From: Rhizodiscina lignyota
Lineage: Eukaryota
Assembly (NCBI GenBank): GCA_010015805.1
Contig: ML978121.1
Coordinates: forward strand, 3,348,001-3,412,000
Direction: 5' to 3'
DNA: 64,000 nucleotides
Shown here: positions 12,971 through 25,651 of the stretch, piece by piece
Numbering within the stretch: position 1 is the stretch's first letter
How the letters are laid out: each line of letters begins with the position of its first letter
Translations under genes and position numbers: made by a program
The notes under the pieces: model-generated
Told to the model about the DNA's origin: nothing
Databases searched by the model: none
What the model saw: the letters and a program-made list of their open reading frames with translations, nothing else

Positions 12971-14569
12971 ACCAGACGCTAGAACGCGAGAACGAATTTC
13001 AACCGAACAAAAAGGCCGACAAGAGTACGAAGCTAGCGAAAAGATCACACAGAAGCTGCGGCATACATAATACATACTACTCGAGCGTTCTGATATGTGC
13101 AGCGCGGTTGGCATACCACGAGGAGCCGGTGGACGGTGGTGCACTTTTCGGGTCGGGTCTCCTCCCCGTTCGCCGGTCTCGTGAACCGGTGGAGGAAATG
13201 GAAGCTGCTATCACAAATATGGCCTGATGAGGCTCTTATTTTAGGTTTCAGGGCCGGTGAGGCTTGTCCGGTGGCTCTCTCTCCTTCGGAGAATCCGGGG
13301 TAAGTTCGATGTGAGTGCTGAGAAATTCGGACGGGTGTCAGCTTTGAGGCAACGCGAAACTTCTACGCTCCCGGAGCACGCGACACCAACACTCGACATT
13401 TTCGTCAAGCAACCTCGTATGAGATATCTTATCCCTTGAAATTAGGTTAAGATATAATTCATTCTTAACAATCATATTTTTTACTGCGAAGGAAGGTCTT
13501 TGATGTAAGAGCCTTCCGTTGACCTTCGACGCAAGTCTAACACCCCGTGCAGGATTCAATTCATGCAAATCATGGAAACACGCTTTGCGCAGTGATTTGT
13601 GATTTGATCCCATGGCTTAAGTCATCGAACAGAGGACCTATGAGCTACATGGTCTACTCGCGCAAGGTGGAGAAATTGGACTGGACCGTACGGAGAAGTA
13701 CTCCTGGTCCTTCCCTTGTACTCCACGGCCCCCGCTGCTTGTACGACTAACAGTCCAAATGAGTTCTTCACCTGAACACCTTTTCAGCTACTTCCTCTCA
13801 TAAAAGAAAACTGTCCATCACTCGTGGCTATTTAAAGCGGACTGGTGTTGCTGTTGATTATCGGTTGTCGTACGCCTCCATTCGAGAATTTGAATTTACT
13901 TGTTTACACTCTGCAAGATTTTCCATTCTTTACGTCCTTTCCGACATGCGTCGCCAGTTTCGGAAGTCATGCATCGCCGATGGAGACACGGCTTCACCTA
14001 GGTTGCAGATATTCATGCAAAGTAACATCACCTACGTAGCCATTGCGTACAGTTCGTACTTTGTTGTGTCCTGAACGAGCACACTGTCAACCCTCACATC
14101 CTTGGGTTTGAGAACGAATAGGACGGTCCGAACTCGCTCGAGCTGCATCTGGCGAGTGCCCCAGCCTCCGCAACGTTTCTGCATCGACATTCCCCCTTGC
14201 AGAAGACATCTGGGACACATGTGTTACCCACCCCTTCACTGCCACTTGCCATTCCAGCCGCATGCTTGAAAATAACTGGCCACTCACCTAAGCTAAGTCA
14301 CGTCTCCACCAAAGGAATCTGGTCTTCGACTTTGCCAGGTTAATTTACGCGATTGTTGACGGCCCCTTCCCCACAAACAAACGCAACTCAAGCCCCCTTG
14401 ATTCACAAGCCTGCCGCCACCTCCGCATATATCATAGCACTGACCTTCTCAGCCGTTATCAAGCTTATCTAGGTTATCGATTGCCTGCGTAGGCTGTGCT
14501 CTGCGCCACTGAAAGTGATTGTCTTAGACCTAAAGGTCAGACGACTCTCCTGTCGTTCGCAAACACAAT

Positions 14570-15679
14570 ATGGAGGTTCCAATATACCCAGCTAGAAATA
14601 CGCAGCATGCGAACCTTCCTGCGCGCTACGTAAGGCCAGGTAGACGGCAACAACCTGGGCCTCCTGTTCGAATTAACTTCAACGCGAGTAGAGGACCTCG
14701 CTACGTAACTCCACGGAGACGGGATATGGAAACCGAGCAGTCGCAGGAGCGCATCGATGCTGCCGAAGCCCAGGCACTCCCGTCATCACAGCAGATGGCC
14801 GACGTTGTACTGGATCATAGACTGCTTCGAATTCCAATCAAGGAAAACAATTCGACTCCATCCTACACAAACGAGACAGAGTCTATGCCGCAAGATCAGA
14901 TATTGGACTTACTATCCGACTCTCCTCTCGGCCACTTACCTAGGCCACGGCGTTGCTCGCCTCCACTCTATCCAACTCCACCCAGATCCAGATACGTTAC
15001 GCCGGTGCAGAGTCCGGATGCGCTAAGAACGGATGTGACGCCTTGCAAGCCGAAGGTGTTACAACATTCTCCATTACGACATCCATTGGAACCAGCAATA
15101 CCGATCGCCGACCATCTTGCAAACGATAAACCCACCGGCAAACGACGTCGCATACCCAGTGCATGGGTAGAAGCATCATTGACTCCCCCTTCGCATCCGC
15201 TGCCACCCCTCCCGACGATCGCGTCCATATCTCAAGATGTTCCACCAGCGCCAATAGCGATGCATCGGGCTCCGACACCACCGCTCCAGGACTTCCGTAT
15301 TCCCCGCAAACCACCACCGATTCCCAAAACGAGACCAGGTTCAAAGCCGGCAGCACTTTCACTCTTTCCGTCGTCCCTTCCCTCGTCTACTGTTAGCGGA
15401 AATGGAACTCTGTCCAATGATTCACCTCCAAGCTCGCTGCGCTCTGGCTCAACTCTGGTAGGCACGACCGAAGGCGACGTATGTGACCCGCCAGCAACAC
15501 CGACGACCGTCATTTCAGCCCAGAAGATGATCGAGATACAGCAAGCGAGCTGCTCTCCTGGTCAAACGAGCGGGTGGTATGACGATGAGGACGGCATTGA
15601 ACGAGCGGGTCTGATGGGACGATGGAGGGGTAGAAAAGGCGGCGGGTGGAAGAAAGTGTTGTGTTGTTTCGCTGGTTGA
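14570..15679 (+). CDS. Hypothetical Pro/Ser-rich disordered protein with polybasic di-cysteine C-terminus
   Basis: 369-aa ORF with good start context (CACAATATGG). Ends GRWRGRKGGGWKKVLCCFAG. Confidence 0.7.
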   Translation: MEVPIYPARNTQHANLPARYVRPGRRQQPGPPVRINFNASRGPRYVTPRRRDMETEQSQERIDAAEAQALPSSQQMADVVLDHRLLRIPIKENNSTPSYTNETESMPQDQILDLLSDSPLGHLPRPRRCSPPLYPTPPRSRYVTPVQSPDALRTDVTPCKPKVLQHSPLRHPLEPAIPIADHLANDKPTGKRRRIPSAWVEASLTPPSHPLPPLPTIASISQDVPPAPIAMHRAPTPPLQDFRIPRKPPPIPKTRPGSKPAALSLFPSSLPSSTVSGNGTLSNDSPPSSLRSGSTLVGTTEGDVCDPPATPTTVISAQKMIEIQQASCSPGQTSGWYDDEDGIERAGLMGRWRGRKGGGWKKVLCCFAG

Positions 15680-17248
15680 GCGGGGCTCTCTTGAGCTGTA
15701 CACAACCGCTTTTGACCACATTCTTTCTCTTATGTTCGTCTGCCTTATGACTTGTTCTGCTGATGCCGGTACTATGTGCTCTCATGGGTTCATGCATGAT
15801 TTACGAACGATGTTTTGCTGCATTTATCGGGTGCTCACTCCTTTGTTGCATGTTGGGCTTTTGATTTTCTCTGCATGAAACTCTGGGAATCATTGGCTGA
15901 ATTTAGCAAACTTTGAATATCATCAGGTTAAGGGAGGAACTGGAGTCGGCGATGCGACGAGCACACTTCGCAACGCCGTTTCGGTTACTTCAAACGAAAA
16001 CAAGGAATGAATAAGTTCTCGTTCTCGTAATCGGGTGCCAAAAGCTCTCCGGTTTCAGGGTATAATCATCCTATTTCAGATTCTTGGTTGAAAGTTCTCT
16101 CGGAGTCGCTTGGCTAGCTCACCACGGATGACAGGAATGCCTTTTCTAGAGTTTACAGGGGGTGAGGCTGATATCACGAATTGATAATCGCCTTCCGTGT
16201 TATTGGTATCGTTCTAAATCAGACTCCAAGTTCTCGAACAAGAATTGTGCGTGTTGATCTCGGTAGGACAAACTTGATTCTTGGGAGGGCGTCCGTCCGC
16301 ATGGTGACAGTATCGTATCGCTAATGTCAAAATTGAAGGCGAACCAGGCGTAACTTGGGTCTGTACAGTGCCTGGTTCCATGCTCGACCTGAATCCGATA
16401 TTTTATGCCATTAGAACGTAGGTTTAGACTGTGCTCTTGGGCCTGCCGGCGATCAGAAAACGTTGAAACCACAGCCCAATCGGATTCGTTCCACTTCGTC
16501 CAAGCGGCGCTTGCCCAAAGTGTAGGGGAGATCTCCGCTTCCGTCTGAACTTCGCTCGATCTTACTCACTCGTGATAGTATTGCTGGAGCAACTTAGCAT
16601 GCTCAATTCATCAGTTGATCCCATACCTTACTGCTCCGTGGCCCATATAAGCCAGCTACGGCCATCTGTAACCACCACGCCAGGGCCTGCGCTTGTGAAG
16701 GCGGGGGGACGACGACCATGCGGGTACATCCAGCAGCAGGAACAAGTCGCTGTTGAAATGCCGACTCTTCTTCTTCTTCCACTACTCCCATAGTCCCAAA
16801 AGGCCACGCGGAGATGCTTCTGTTGTCACTGAAACATGGTGGTCCCCATTAATCTCTCGCAAAGAGCGGTCATGGTCATCGCAACCATCTCGTCGTCTCA
16901 TCGTCCCAAGTCCTCTTGATGATGTTCATGCAGCTCAATATTTCCTGTCTGTCCTATCTTTTCGACAACACTTTCTTCTCTTTTCCTGGTTCTGGTCGAA
17001 GTACACAGCCAAGTTCGCCTATATTTTCTTCTCTATGGCGGTGATCTGCCAAAGAGGAGGAACTGTCTGGGGAGACAAAGGTTTTCTGAATCTTGAGGTC
17101 GGATCGGCTATCAGCTTGGCTGCCAGAGGTGAGTTCGCTGTATCTTGCCTTTAGGTCCTGCCCCCCTTTACTGCCAGAGATGTTGTTCCCCTTCGTTCCC
17201 TGTCACTACAGCTCTTTCTCTAGATATTTAGCGGGTATCTGATCACTC

Positions 17249-17790
17249 CTAGAAACAGAGGGTTTGTTGTATGTTCCAGACCATTGTATGGGCCTTCCAG
17301 TCTGCTGCTGGTTCATAGCAAAGCGCCCATTCAGACTGATCTCCCGTCGCAGGCCTCTCGAGCCGCTCAGTTGTACCACAATGCCCTCTTCGCGAGATCG
17401 ATTCGACCTTTGGGAGCTCAACGGGGTAGATGCTCACCAAGACTACTGAGAGCTTTTCGTCCAGGTTGTCAAAGAGAGGAATCTGGCGTCTTGGATAGTC
17501 TTGGATAGCCAAAGCTTGTAGAGGTTGGCAATGGCATCCCTTTGGATCTGGAGATGAAAGCAGCTGTTAGCAGATTGCTACAAGTAAGTTTGCTGTCTTT
17601 CACCTTTGACTTCTCGCTTCTACCGTATTGCCAGAGATGCGGCTTCCCTTTGCTGTTGTTACCAGTTCCAATTTTTCAGGCCTTCGACTGAAAACTGATC
17701 ATTGCTGATAGAGGCTCTGTTATATTTCCGAAACCGCCGTATATACTGCCTGAGCTGCCGTTGGATGACATCGAACAACCTATCCAGGCG
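17249..17790 (-). pseudogene. Possible decayed gene fragment
   Basis: 56-nt intron-like segment 17603-17548 (GTGAAA..TGCTAAC..CCAG). The upstream frame is interrupted by TAA/TAG (W*QQQREAASLAIR*KREVK); the downstream frame is open for ~100 codons. Confidence 0.3.
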
Positions 17791-18885
17791 CGATTTGCCA
17801 CCAAAGACCTTTCCAGCCTCCCATTCGTGCCACAATCCTACTTAGATGAGTTGGTTCCGATGGGTCTGGAGGTAAAGGGGGTATATGCTCGCCATAGCCG
17901 AGGACGAAAGGTCTCCTCTCGCTCCGTAGTGTCTGGTAGGGGCGTTTCGCAACGGTATGTGTACATTTGGCGTCTTGCATTTCCATGGCCTCCTTTGTTA
18001 AGACTGACACTCTTGGCCTTTCCCCTGACCCTTTCATTCCCTCTTTATAATAGCAAGACGTTGTATGTCTCCAAGTTCCTCGTGGATTGGTAATAGGCTG
18101 CGCTGGGTGGCTCTGGCAGACCTTTCTGCTATTTTTCTCAGTTGTTATGTCTGGACTGGCTGATGACTGAGGTTTCTCCTAGGAACTTATTATTTATCGC
18201 AGCTAAACTGTCCCTTTCTGCACCAACCGAGGCAATAGTTATCCAGAGTATGGGAAATAAATGTATGGAGTGGAGACGATGGAGAGGCTGAGAATTTGGA
18301 TGGTTGTGTTCAAGATGGATTGGGCTACAACTGCGGTAAACTATAGATTCCCACTGGTGACGCCGCGCCGACGACAGCTTCAACGAGAGCCACCGGACTT
18401 GGTTCAAGAGAGCGAATTCCTCTGGCTAAAGAGTTATATTTGCTACCCCTGAACTCCTCGTCATCTCGCCTCTCCCATCTCGTGGTTCTCGCCCTCAAAA
18501 CCGCCATTTGCGCCTAACTTCTTGTCGTCTCTCCGCCAACCTCGTAGCGTCTTGCACTTGCTAAGAGCTGAATATATTGCGCTGTCGAATTCATTGCCGC
18601 TTCCTCCCCAAGATCTTGGTTCCCTGGACGTAGAAACAAGCGATAACCCAGTTGAATCATCTGGTTGCCGTGGAGGGCGATGCACTAGGTACCGGCGCAC
18701 ATCTTTCCCACCATCCAAGCCTTGGAAGTATAAATCCCACCACCACCACCACCACCTTTCTCTCCTCTCTTTCGCAACATCCCACCACAGACTTCCCTGA
18801 GTCCCTCCCACCTTTCGCAATCAAAACCAACTTACCAAGGCTTGTTCATTAAGGGACTATAACAATCATCGACACGTTCACTGCC

Positions 18886-21244
18886 ATGGTGTTCGCGACC
18901 ATCAGGCGCTACGCTGCTCGGGCGTACGCATGCGTGGAAGAATTGTTAGACTCCTTTTATGGCAAGGTTATATACTTCCTCTGGGGAGTAACCTTCATCC
19001 TGATCGCCATCTGGTCTATCATCGAACTAGCCAAATTCTATAAGACCAAGCATGTCCACTCTTCTGGCCTGGTATACTCCAACACCCATCCGGCTGAGAG
19101 CTCTGGCCTCTCCGCTACTCGTTTTGCATCGACATTTGGCATACCCGGGGAGCCGCTCCGCGCGTTGGTCAGCTCAAGGACAGACGATATCTTCGCGGCC
19201 TCGTACACCTTCGATACCGTCCAAGCTCTTGTGTCTCGCGCAACAGCCACAACTACTGGAGAACCTACAATTGGTGCAGCTGGTGTTGCTGCCTCGCAGC
19301 CCACCACCACTGATGGAACTTGCGGATCGCAGTTTGGCGAGAGCGTTTGTGGAGACTGGCCGAATGGAGCTTGTTGTTCCGAATACGGCTGGTGTGGAAA
19401 TAGGTAAGTCTTGCTTGTTCCCTCAAACGTCGTCACGCAAACTTGAGTGAGGCACAGCTGCACTACCGTCATCACATGGCTTCTATACTCCCGGGCTCTT
19501 TCTTAAATTGTTGGCACAATTAAGTCTCCGACCCTTATTCAAACTGTCTCCCTCAACTTATCCAAGTCAACCTCTATGCAGAACTTCTTCGTTAACGAGT
19601 TCTAGTACTGCTCATTGCGGTGACGGTTGCCAGTCTGGACCTTGCCTGAATCCTCCGAGCAAACCAGCCCCCAGCGCGAAGAGCGCACCGGCGAATCCCA
19701 ACCCTGGCTATTTCAACCAGACTGGCCAGTCGGGCGTTCCTGTCATGCACGCTGCTCTTGAGGCCAACGATCTCTGCGTCTTCCTTGACAAGGTCGAGAA
19801 TTACACGCAAGTACACTTGCCCGACGGTCAACTCGCTTATTCGACCGAGTATAATCCCACGACTGGCACATACGTCCCACTTGGATACAAGACAAATGCC
19901 TTCTGTGCGGGCGGGGCCTTCCTACCAAACGGTGCTCTCATCAGCGTTGGCGGCAATGCCCCTCTCACATGGCTGGATCCTACTGTCGGTGATGGCTTCA
20001 ACGCCATCCGCTACTTAACTCGTACTCCGAACGGCTCCATGGACGGCCAGTTCTGGGTAGAGAACACCAACAAGCTCAACAGTGACCGTTGGTACCCCAG
20101 TGCACAAGTCCTTCCTGACGGTCGGGTGTTTGTGTGCTCCGGAAGTCTCAACGGGCTTGATCCTGCTGTCAACACGAACAACAATCCCACGTACGAGCTG
20201 CTCGATGCTCAAGGCCGTTCAATCAGCAGCAGTATTTCCATGGAGCTCCTCGTCAAGAACCAGCCTTACTACATGTACCCCTTCCTCGCACTGCTTCCCA
20301 ACGGCAACCTCTTCGTCTTCGTTGCCAAGTCTTCTCAGGTCTTTGATCTCTCGGCCAACAAGGTTGTTCGCGAGCTGCCTGATCTTCCCGGCCTCTATCG
20401 CACGTATCCGAACACTGGCGCTGGCCAACTGCTACCCTTGTCGTCAAAGAACAACTACCAGCCATCATTCATCGTGTGCGGTGGCGGCGCTTATCAGGAT
20501 ATTACATCTCCGACAGACCCATCCTGTGGCAGGATCAATCCGCTGGCAAGCAACCCACAGTGGGAAATGGACTCGATGCCATATGGCCGTGTGATGGGTG
20601 AATTTCAACTGCTGCCGAATGGCATGATGTTGTTGTTGAATGGAGCTGGTCAAGGCGCACAAGGTTTTGGGTTGGCCACAAACCCAACGACACAAGCGCT
20701 ACTGTACGACCCAGACGCCCCACTTGGCAAACGATGGCACACACTCGGGACATCTCCGATTCATAGGCTATACCACTCTGTCTGCCTGCTCCTGTCTGAC
20801 GGTCGCGTCCTCATCGCCGGCTCGAACCCGAACGAGATGCCCGTCCTCACGCCCAACGCCGAGTACCCCTTCCCAACAGAATTCCGTGTCGAGATATACA
20901 CGCCGCCGTATGGAGATCTGTCTAAGCGCCCGACGGACGTGACTGTGAGCGCGGGAACCCTGAGAGCGAACGGCATGTCGTTCACGGTAACGTTCAACTT
21001 AGTCCAGGAGCCAAAGACACTGCTGGTGGCATTGATGACGCCCGGCTTCGTTACACACTCCCTCCACATGGGGGAGCGGGCCATCTTCTTGGACTGGACG
21101 CGCGCTCCGGGCACACTGCCAGCCGTCTCGTTGAATGTTCGGATGCCCCCGAACAGCAGCATCGTCCCTCCGGGCCCGGCCCGTGTCTACGTCTCTGCGG
21201 ACGGCGTGCCTGGGGACGCCGCCGCGTACGTATTGGTCGCTTAA
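18886..21244 (+). CDS. Copper radical oxidase (CAZy AA5_1, glyoxal oxidase-like) with N-terminal TM anchor and hevein/CBM18 chitin-binding domain, 718 aa
   Basis: Exons 18886-19403 and 19606-21244. CBM18 is CG..FG..VC....[26 protein letters not shown]. Active-site motifs NAFCAGG (Cys), RTYPNTG (Tyr), RLYHS and FVTHS. Confidence 0.93.
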
Positions 21245-21373
21245 CGGCCACAGCATGTTTCTTTGAGATTTTTCACATAAGGTACCTCTGGTACGCCTAG
21301 CTGTCTACATGTAAATAGCTCGGTACCAAATGATAGTACACTTCAAGTCCAATATCGTCTCACCTTTACACCA

Positions 21374-23575
21374 GTGAAACTCCTGAATCAAGTCACGTGT
21401 GTTCGATCAGGCCCAACTGATAGTCTAACCAGGGGTAAACACGCAGTTGAGGGTGGTAACGGGCTTTACCAAGCAAGGGACTTGGTGAGTTGTGTCGACT
21501 TCGATCTACAAGTATATGAGGAGATCCTTCTAATAATCTAATCGCCCGTTAATATATGGTGTGGCTGTAAGCTGCAGGCTGTCCTTGGAATTCCGCGAGC
21601 GACTCGGTGAAAAGTTGGTGTTTTCGGCTTTGAGAGAACTAAACTAAACAAAATGTACAGTTATTGGTTTGCAGACATTTCACATCTAGTACCGACTATA
21701 CGCCTAACAAATGGTGTGTAACTAGCTCAGTAAAACCAATAAGAACTTTACGTTCGAGAAAGCCCTCGTAAATATTAAATTGAAATTCCTGGGTTAATCC
21801 ACTCGTACTTGAGCAGATTTCACGAATAATCTAATTCCGCCTTAACGTGTAGTAGCGGACTCCACTGGATAGTCTAGTCGCCTGGCGAGAGACGGCTATT
21901 AGATCAGATGTAGAATTTCCGGCTCGTACAGTGCTTTCTATATATAAACCTAGCTAACTCTCCTTGTCAACCTGTCGTGGGCGATAGACGCAGAAGTACC
22001 AGACGAAGCCGCGACAGCAGCAACACTGCCGCTCTCAAATGAGCTGCTCTATAACCCGTTTGCAGAGCAGCAGTAAGTGTGAGCACGGGATTCGAGGGCC
22101 TGTGTCTAGCGTTGACTTGAAGAAAGTAGAAACGAATGAACTATACTAGTACACTTTGCGTTAAAGGAAGCCGCTTTAGGACCGGAGTGAAGATACTCAT
22201 ACAGGATACCGGAATACGCCTAACAAACCGTGCTTAACTAGTTTGATACAAAATGCCAGTAAATCTAGAGTCTAACAAAGCCTCGCTCATGCAACAGTAA
22301 ATCTCCTAAGTCAATCCACTCATGCCGGAGCGGATGCCTCCCGTAATCCAATCACGCCTCAGCACACAAGCTGGCACCGGAATCCGCTAGCCAATTTAGC
22401 GAGGGACTTGGAGGTTTTGAGGCCTCAAGTCGCGTCTATTCCCCCGGACAGTTGAAGCCATTGACACCAGGGAAGTGGAACTCGAGGATCTTGTTGATCT
22501 TCTTCGCCTGCGTCAGCGCGGTCGTGAACGTGACGAGCGTGAAGCGGTTGGGCATCAGCGAGCATTGGACGTCGTCGGCGAAGAGCTGGCCTCTGATGTC
22601 GGTCTTCACGTCGTCGCAGGTTCCGGAGTTGAACGGTACGCCCACTTTGACGGTGTAGTGGCCCTCGCTGATGGGCACTTGCTCGACGTGGCAGTGCTGG
22701 TGGCCTTGTAGACTTCGTCGGCTTGGAGTCGTTGTGTCGGCGAAGGTGGAAGATGCCGCGAGGAGGGTTGTGAGGACGATGGTTGAGAATTGCATTTTGT
22801 TTAAGTTAGACGGACGATCCGAAGAGTTTGTTTGAGAATTGATTGTGAAGAGGATGAGACAGGGGAAATCTTTGGATTGGAATGATCAGGAAACAGATAC
22901 AAGCGGAGTCTTTGTCGCTGAGTGTAATGAATCAACATACTGAGCATTGCGCCGTTGCTTTATACATAAGTCGGTCTCTAGTCGACTGTCTGCTTACTAT
23001 GGTCTGTACTCCGCAGTAGTCAACATATCATCGCTGTTGAGACATATTTAGAGCATCAGTGCCAAGACTATCCGCGTCATATGCTAATTGAGTTGATAGA
23101 ATCGCTCTTCAGAGAAGAGTTTTGGCCAACTCGTTGGAGCCAATTAGCAAGACAGTACAAGTACTACCCCCTACTCCACGTTGCATAGTGAACTTAGTGG
23201 CCGCCATAGGAGGAAATGAGGGGTTAGGAGCTGAACTCATGTTTCCGAATTTAGAGGTGCCAGCAACGGTGGAATGCGCTGTGTCGCGTCCCTTGTTTGC
23301 CAGCGGAAGCCTTGGCTCTTGTACGGAGTAGGTCGGGATTATCTCAATTGGACCGATTGTCGCCACTTTGCTATGATGAACGTCAGTAGATCGTCCGCAG
23401 ATTATCTGTGGCTGATTAGATGGCTTTGTCCCATAGCCTCAAGGCCAAGAAGTAGTTGTGGAGCAACGTAACAAACTGCCAGGTTGCTCTGGGGCTGTAC
23501 ACAGAGGTCCCGTTGATAATCTAACCGCGCGTCTACACATAGGGGTTGCTTTATCATATTTAGCGCGTCACTTTA
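21374..23575. repeat. Family of highly diverged ~110-120-bp direct repeats flanking a small secreted-protein gene
   Basis: Copies start near 21374, 21485, 21780, 22297 and ~23470. Shared anchors are (G/A)ATA(A/G)TCTAA and GCGAGGGACTTG-like ends. The 21700-21895 and 22216-22410 copies share TACGCCTAACAAA..TAACTAG. Confidence 0.65.
22436..22795 (-). CDS. Small secreted protein with 4 cysteines (effector candidate)
   Basis: 119 aa. Signal peptide MQFSTIVLTTLLAASSTFA, short pro-region with an RR site, C/G-ending codon bias. A TATA-like TATAAA lies ~165 bp upstream on the minus strand. Confidence 0.85.
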   Translation of the reverse strand: MQFSTIVLTTLLAASSTFADTTTPSRRSLQGHQHCHVEQVPISEGHYTVKVGVPFNSGTCDDVKTDIRGQLFADDVQCSLMPNRFTLVTFTTALTQAKKINKILEFHFPGVNGFNCPGE

Positions 23576-23830
23576 TCTGATGGAGCTTTGAAATGTCGAA
23601 GTCAAGCGTTAGAATCTTTTAACACGCACACTGTCTACGAGCACTCAATTTGATCACGAGCCGAATCTCATCAAATAGATACCGCTTGACTTTAGAACTT
23701 CAATTGGAGTATCAGCAGAGTCTCACCAAGTACACAGGACTGGACTTAGCAGATTCAATTGCATTATTTCCCGTATGACACTGAGCAGAACTTTCGTCTA
23801 TTTATACACATGCTATGCTTTCCTCTTAAT

Positions 23831-25651
23831 TTACAGAGTCCTGCCCAATTTCCAGCCCGCAATCCGTCTCTGAATCTCCTGCCATCCGAACTCCTTCCTG
23901 CTCTTCCCAAAGCTCAACCCACCACTCTGTCCGCGACTGATCTCCTCCATGCCTTCCGTCTCTTGCACCACCAACGTAGGCGCCCCGCTTCCTTCACCAT
24001 TATTCTTCACACACCCTTGTAACACATCTCTCGCTACTCTCCTCAACTCCTCAACCGTCAAGGCCTCAATATTCGCGCACATCTCCTTCACCCCGACCTT
24101 TCTGCCATGTACCTGCACCTGCCGTCCCAGATCCTCAAGCTCAACCATCCGACTCTCCAAGTTCATCAACAAGCTGCTCTTAAGCTGATTCTTCGCCCTT
24201 CTGACCTCTCCTTCTTGTAACCTCCCAAGCCCGGTATCCAGCGTCAACGCATTCAGCTCCCTGCACATAACATCCAGCATCCTCTCCGCGCTATGCGGCG
24301 CGCACGACGCGCTGATGCCGAACAGCCCGCTGTCGGTGTACGCGTGGTTGAAACTGATGCAGCTCTCCACCCAGCCGTGCTGGTTCAGTACGTTGGTGTA
24401 CAGACGGGAGTACATGCCTTTGCCGGGGCCGCCGGCGCTGAAGCTTCCTCCACCGCCCAGTAGAGTTTGTAATGTTGCGAGTGCGTAGATGTCTGGGTGT
24501 GAGATTGGAAGTGATTCGAAGGCGAGATGCATGTGGGTGAGACGTGGGAGAGCGGCGTTCAGTGGTGGAGGCGCAGCGGCTGGGTGGACGAAGCCGCCAG
24601 TATAGTAGGATGCTTGAGTATAGAGTGCAGGATCGAATTCGGGTATCGTAGTAACGGAGGCGTTGGAGGATGCGGATGTAGAGAGATTCGCGAGGTGAGG
24701 GATTTGTTTAAAGAGTCGAGATTGTTGCTGAGCAGGGGAGACTTTTGCGGTCGATGGAGAGGGAGAGGATGATGGGTCAGTAGTCAAAGTGGTCGTGCTA
24801 CCGTAGCCGTATAATGAGGGTCCTTCATTTGCTCGCATGTCACCGAAGTACTGCTCTGTGAGTTTGACGGCGTCTGCATGGTTGACTCCGGCAAATGCCA
24901 CGACCATGCGCTCTGGTTTGTAAAGCGCTTGTCGGTAGGCCTCGACTGTTGTCCTGTCGATTTCTTCCAATCGCTCCTTTGGACACAGGAGAGGATTTCC
25001 CAGAGTGTTGTCCTTATATGCAGCTAGGTGTACAAGCTCTGGCAGTATCAGCTCCGGCTTGCTCCATATCTCCTTGATCTCGTAGTCAGCTGTTTCGAGC
25101 TGTGCTGCGACTTCCTCGTCCGTTATTAGTGGGTCTCTGATTGTCTCCGCCAGTAAACCGAGAACGTCTGGAACGGCGGAGTTGAAAGTAGCAGCTTGGT
25201 ACATGAGCGACTCGCGCGACGAAGCGCATTGTACGTTGCCGCCTAATGACTCGATGGCCTCGAGCATTTGATCCGCATCGCGGGACGAGGTCGACTTGAA
25301 GGCCAGCCTGTCTATAATATGCGATACACCTCGAAGGTAGTCATTTTCGTATCTAGAGCCGGCATCGACGAAGACACCTACGCCTGAGAAATGGCCAGGT
25401 AGAGCCTCGGTGGCAACGCGAATGCCATTCGAGAGAGTAGTTATCTGGTCCAGCTCGACTGGATCCTGTTAAACAGTGTCTCAGTACTCGCTCGTGACAG
25501 GTCTTGATGGGCACGCGCATACCTTCTCCTCCGGCTGCACAGTCGCATATTGCCTGACTGGGCGCGACAATGCCTTTGGAGGGCCTCTGGCTAGCCTTGA
25601 GACATTTCTCAGAGACCGAGTGAGCGCCCTGGCTGGCACTCCTTGCGACAT
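23831..25651 (-). CDS. MAS2: Mitochondrial processing peptidase alpha subunit, 587 aa
   Basis: Exons 25651-25523 and 25465-23831. Arg-rich presequence, M16 N-terminus (DAGSRYE..GVSHIIDRLAFKST) and glycine-rich loop LGGGGSFSAGGPGKGMYSRLY. Confidence 0.96.

Noticed and set aside
18737..18756. His6-like run in a short ORF
   Set aside because: (CAC)n microsatellite in the oxidase promoter/5' UTR, not coding.
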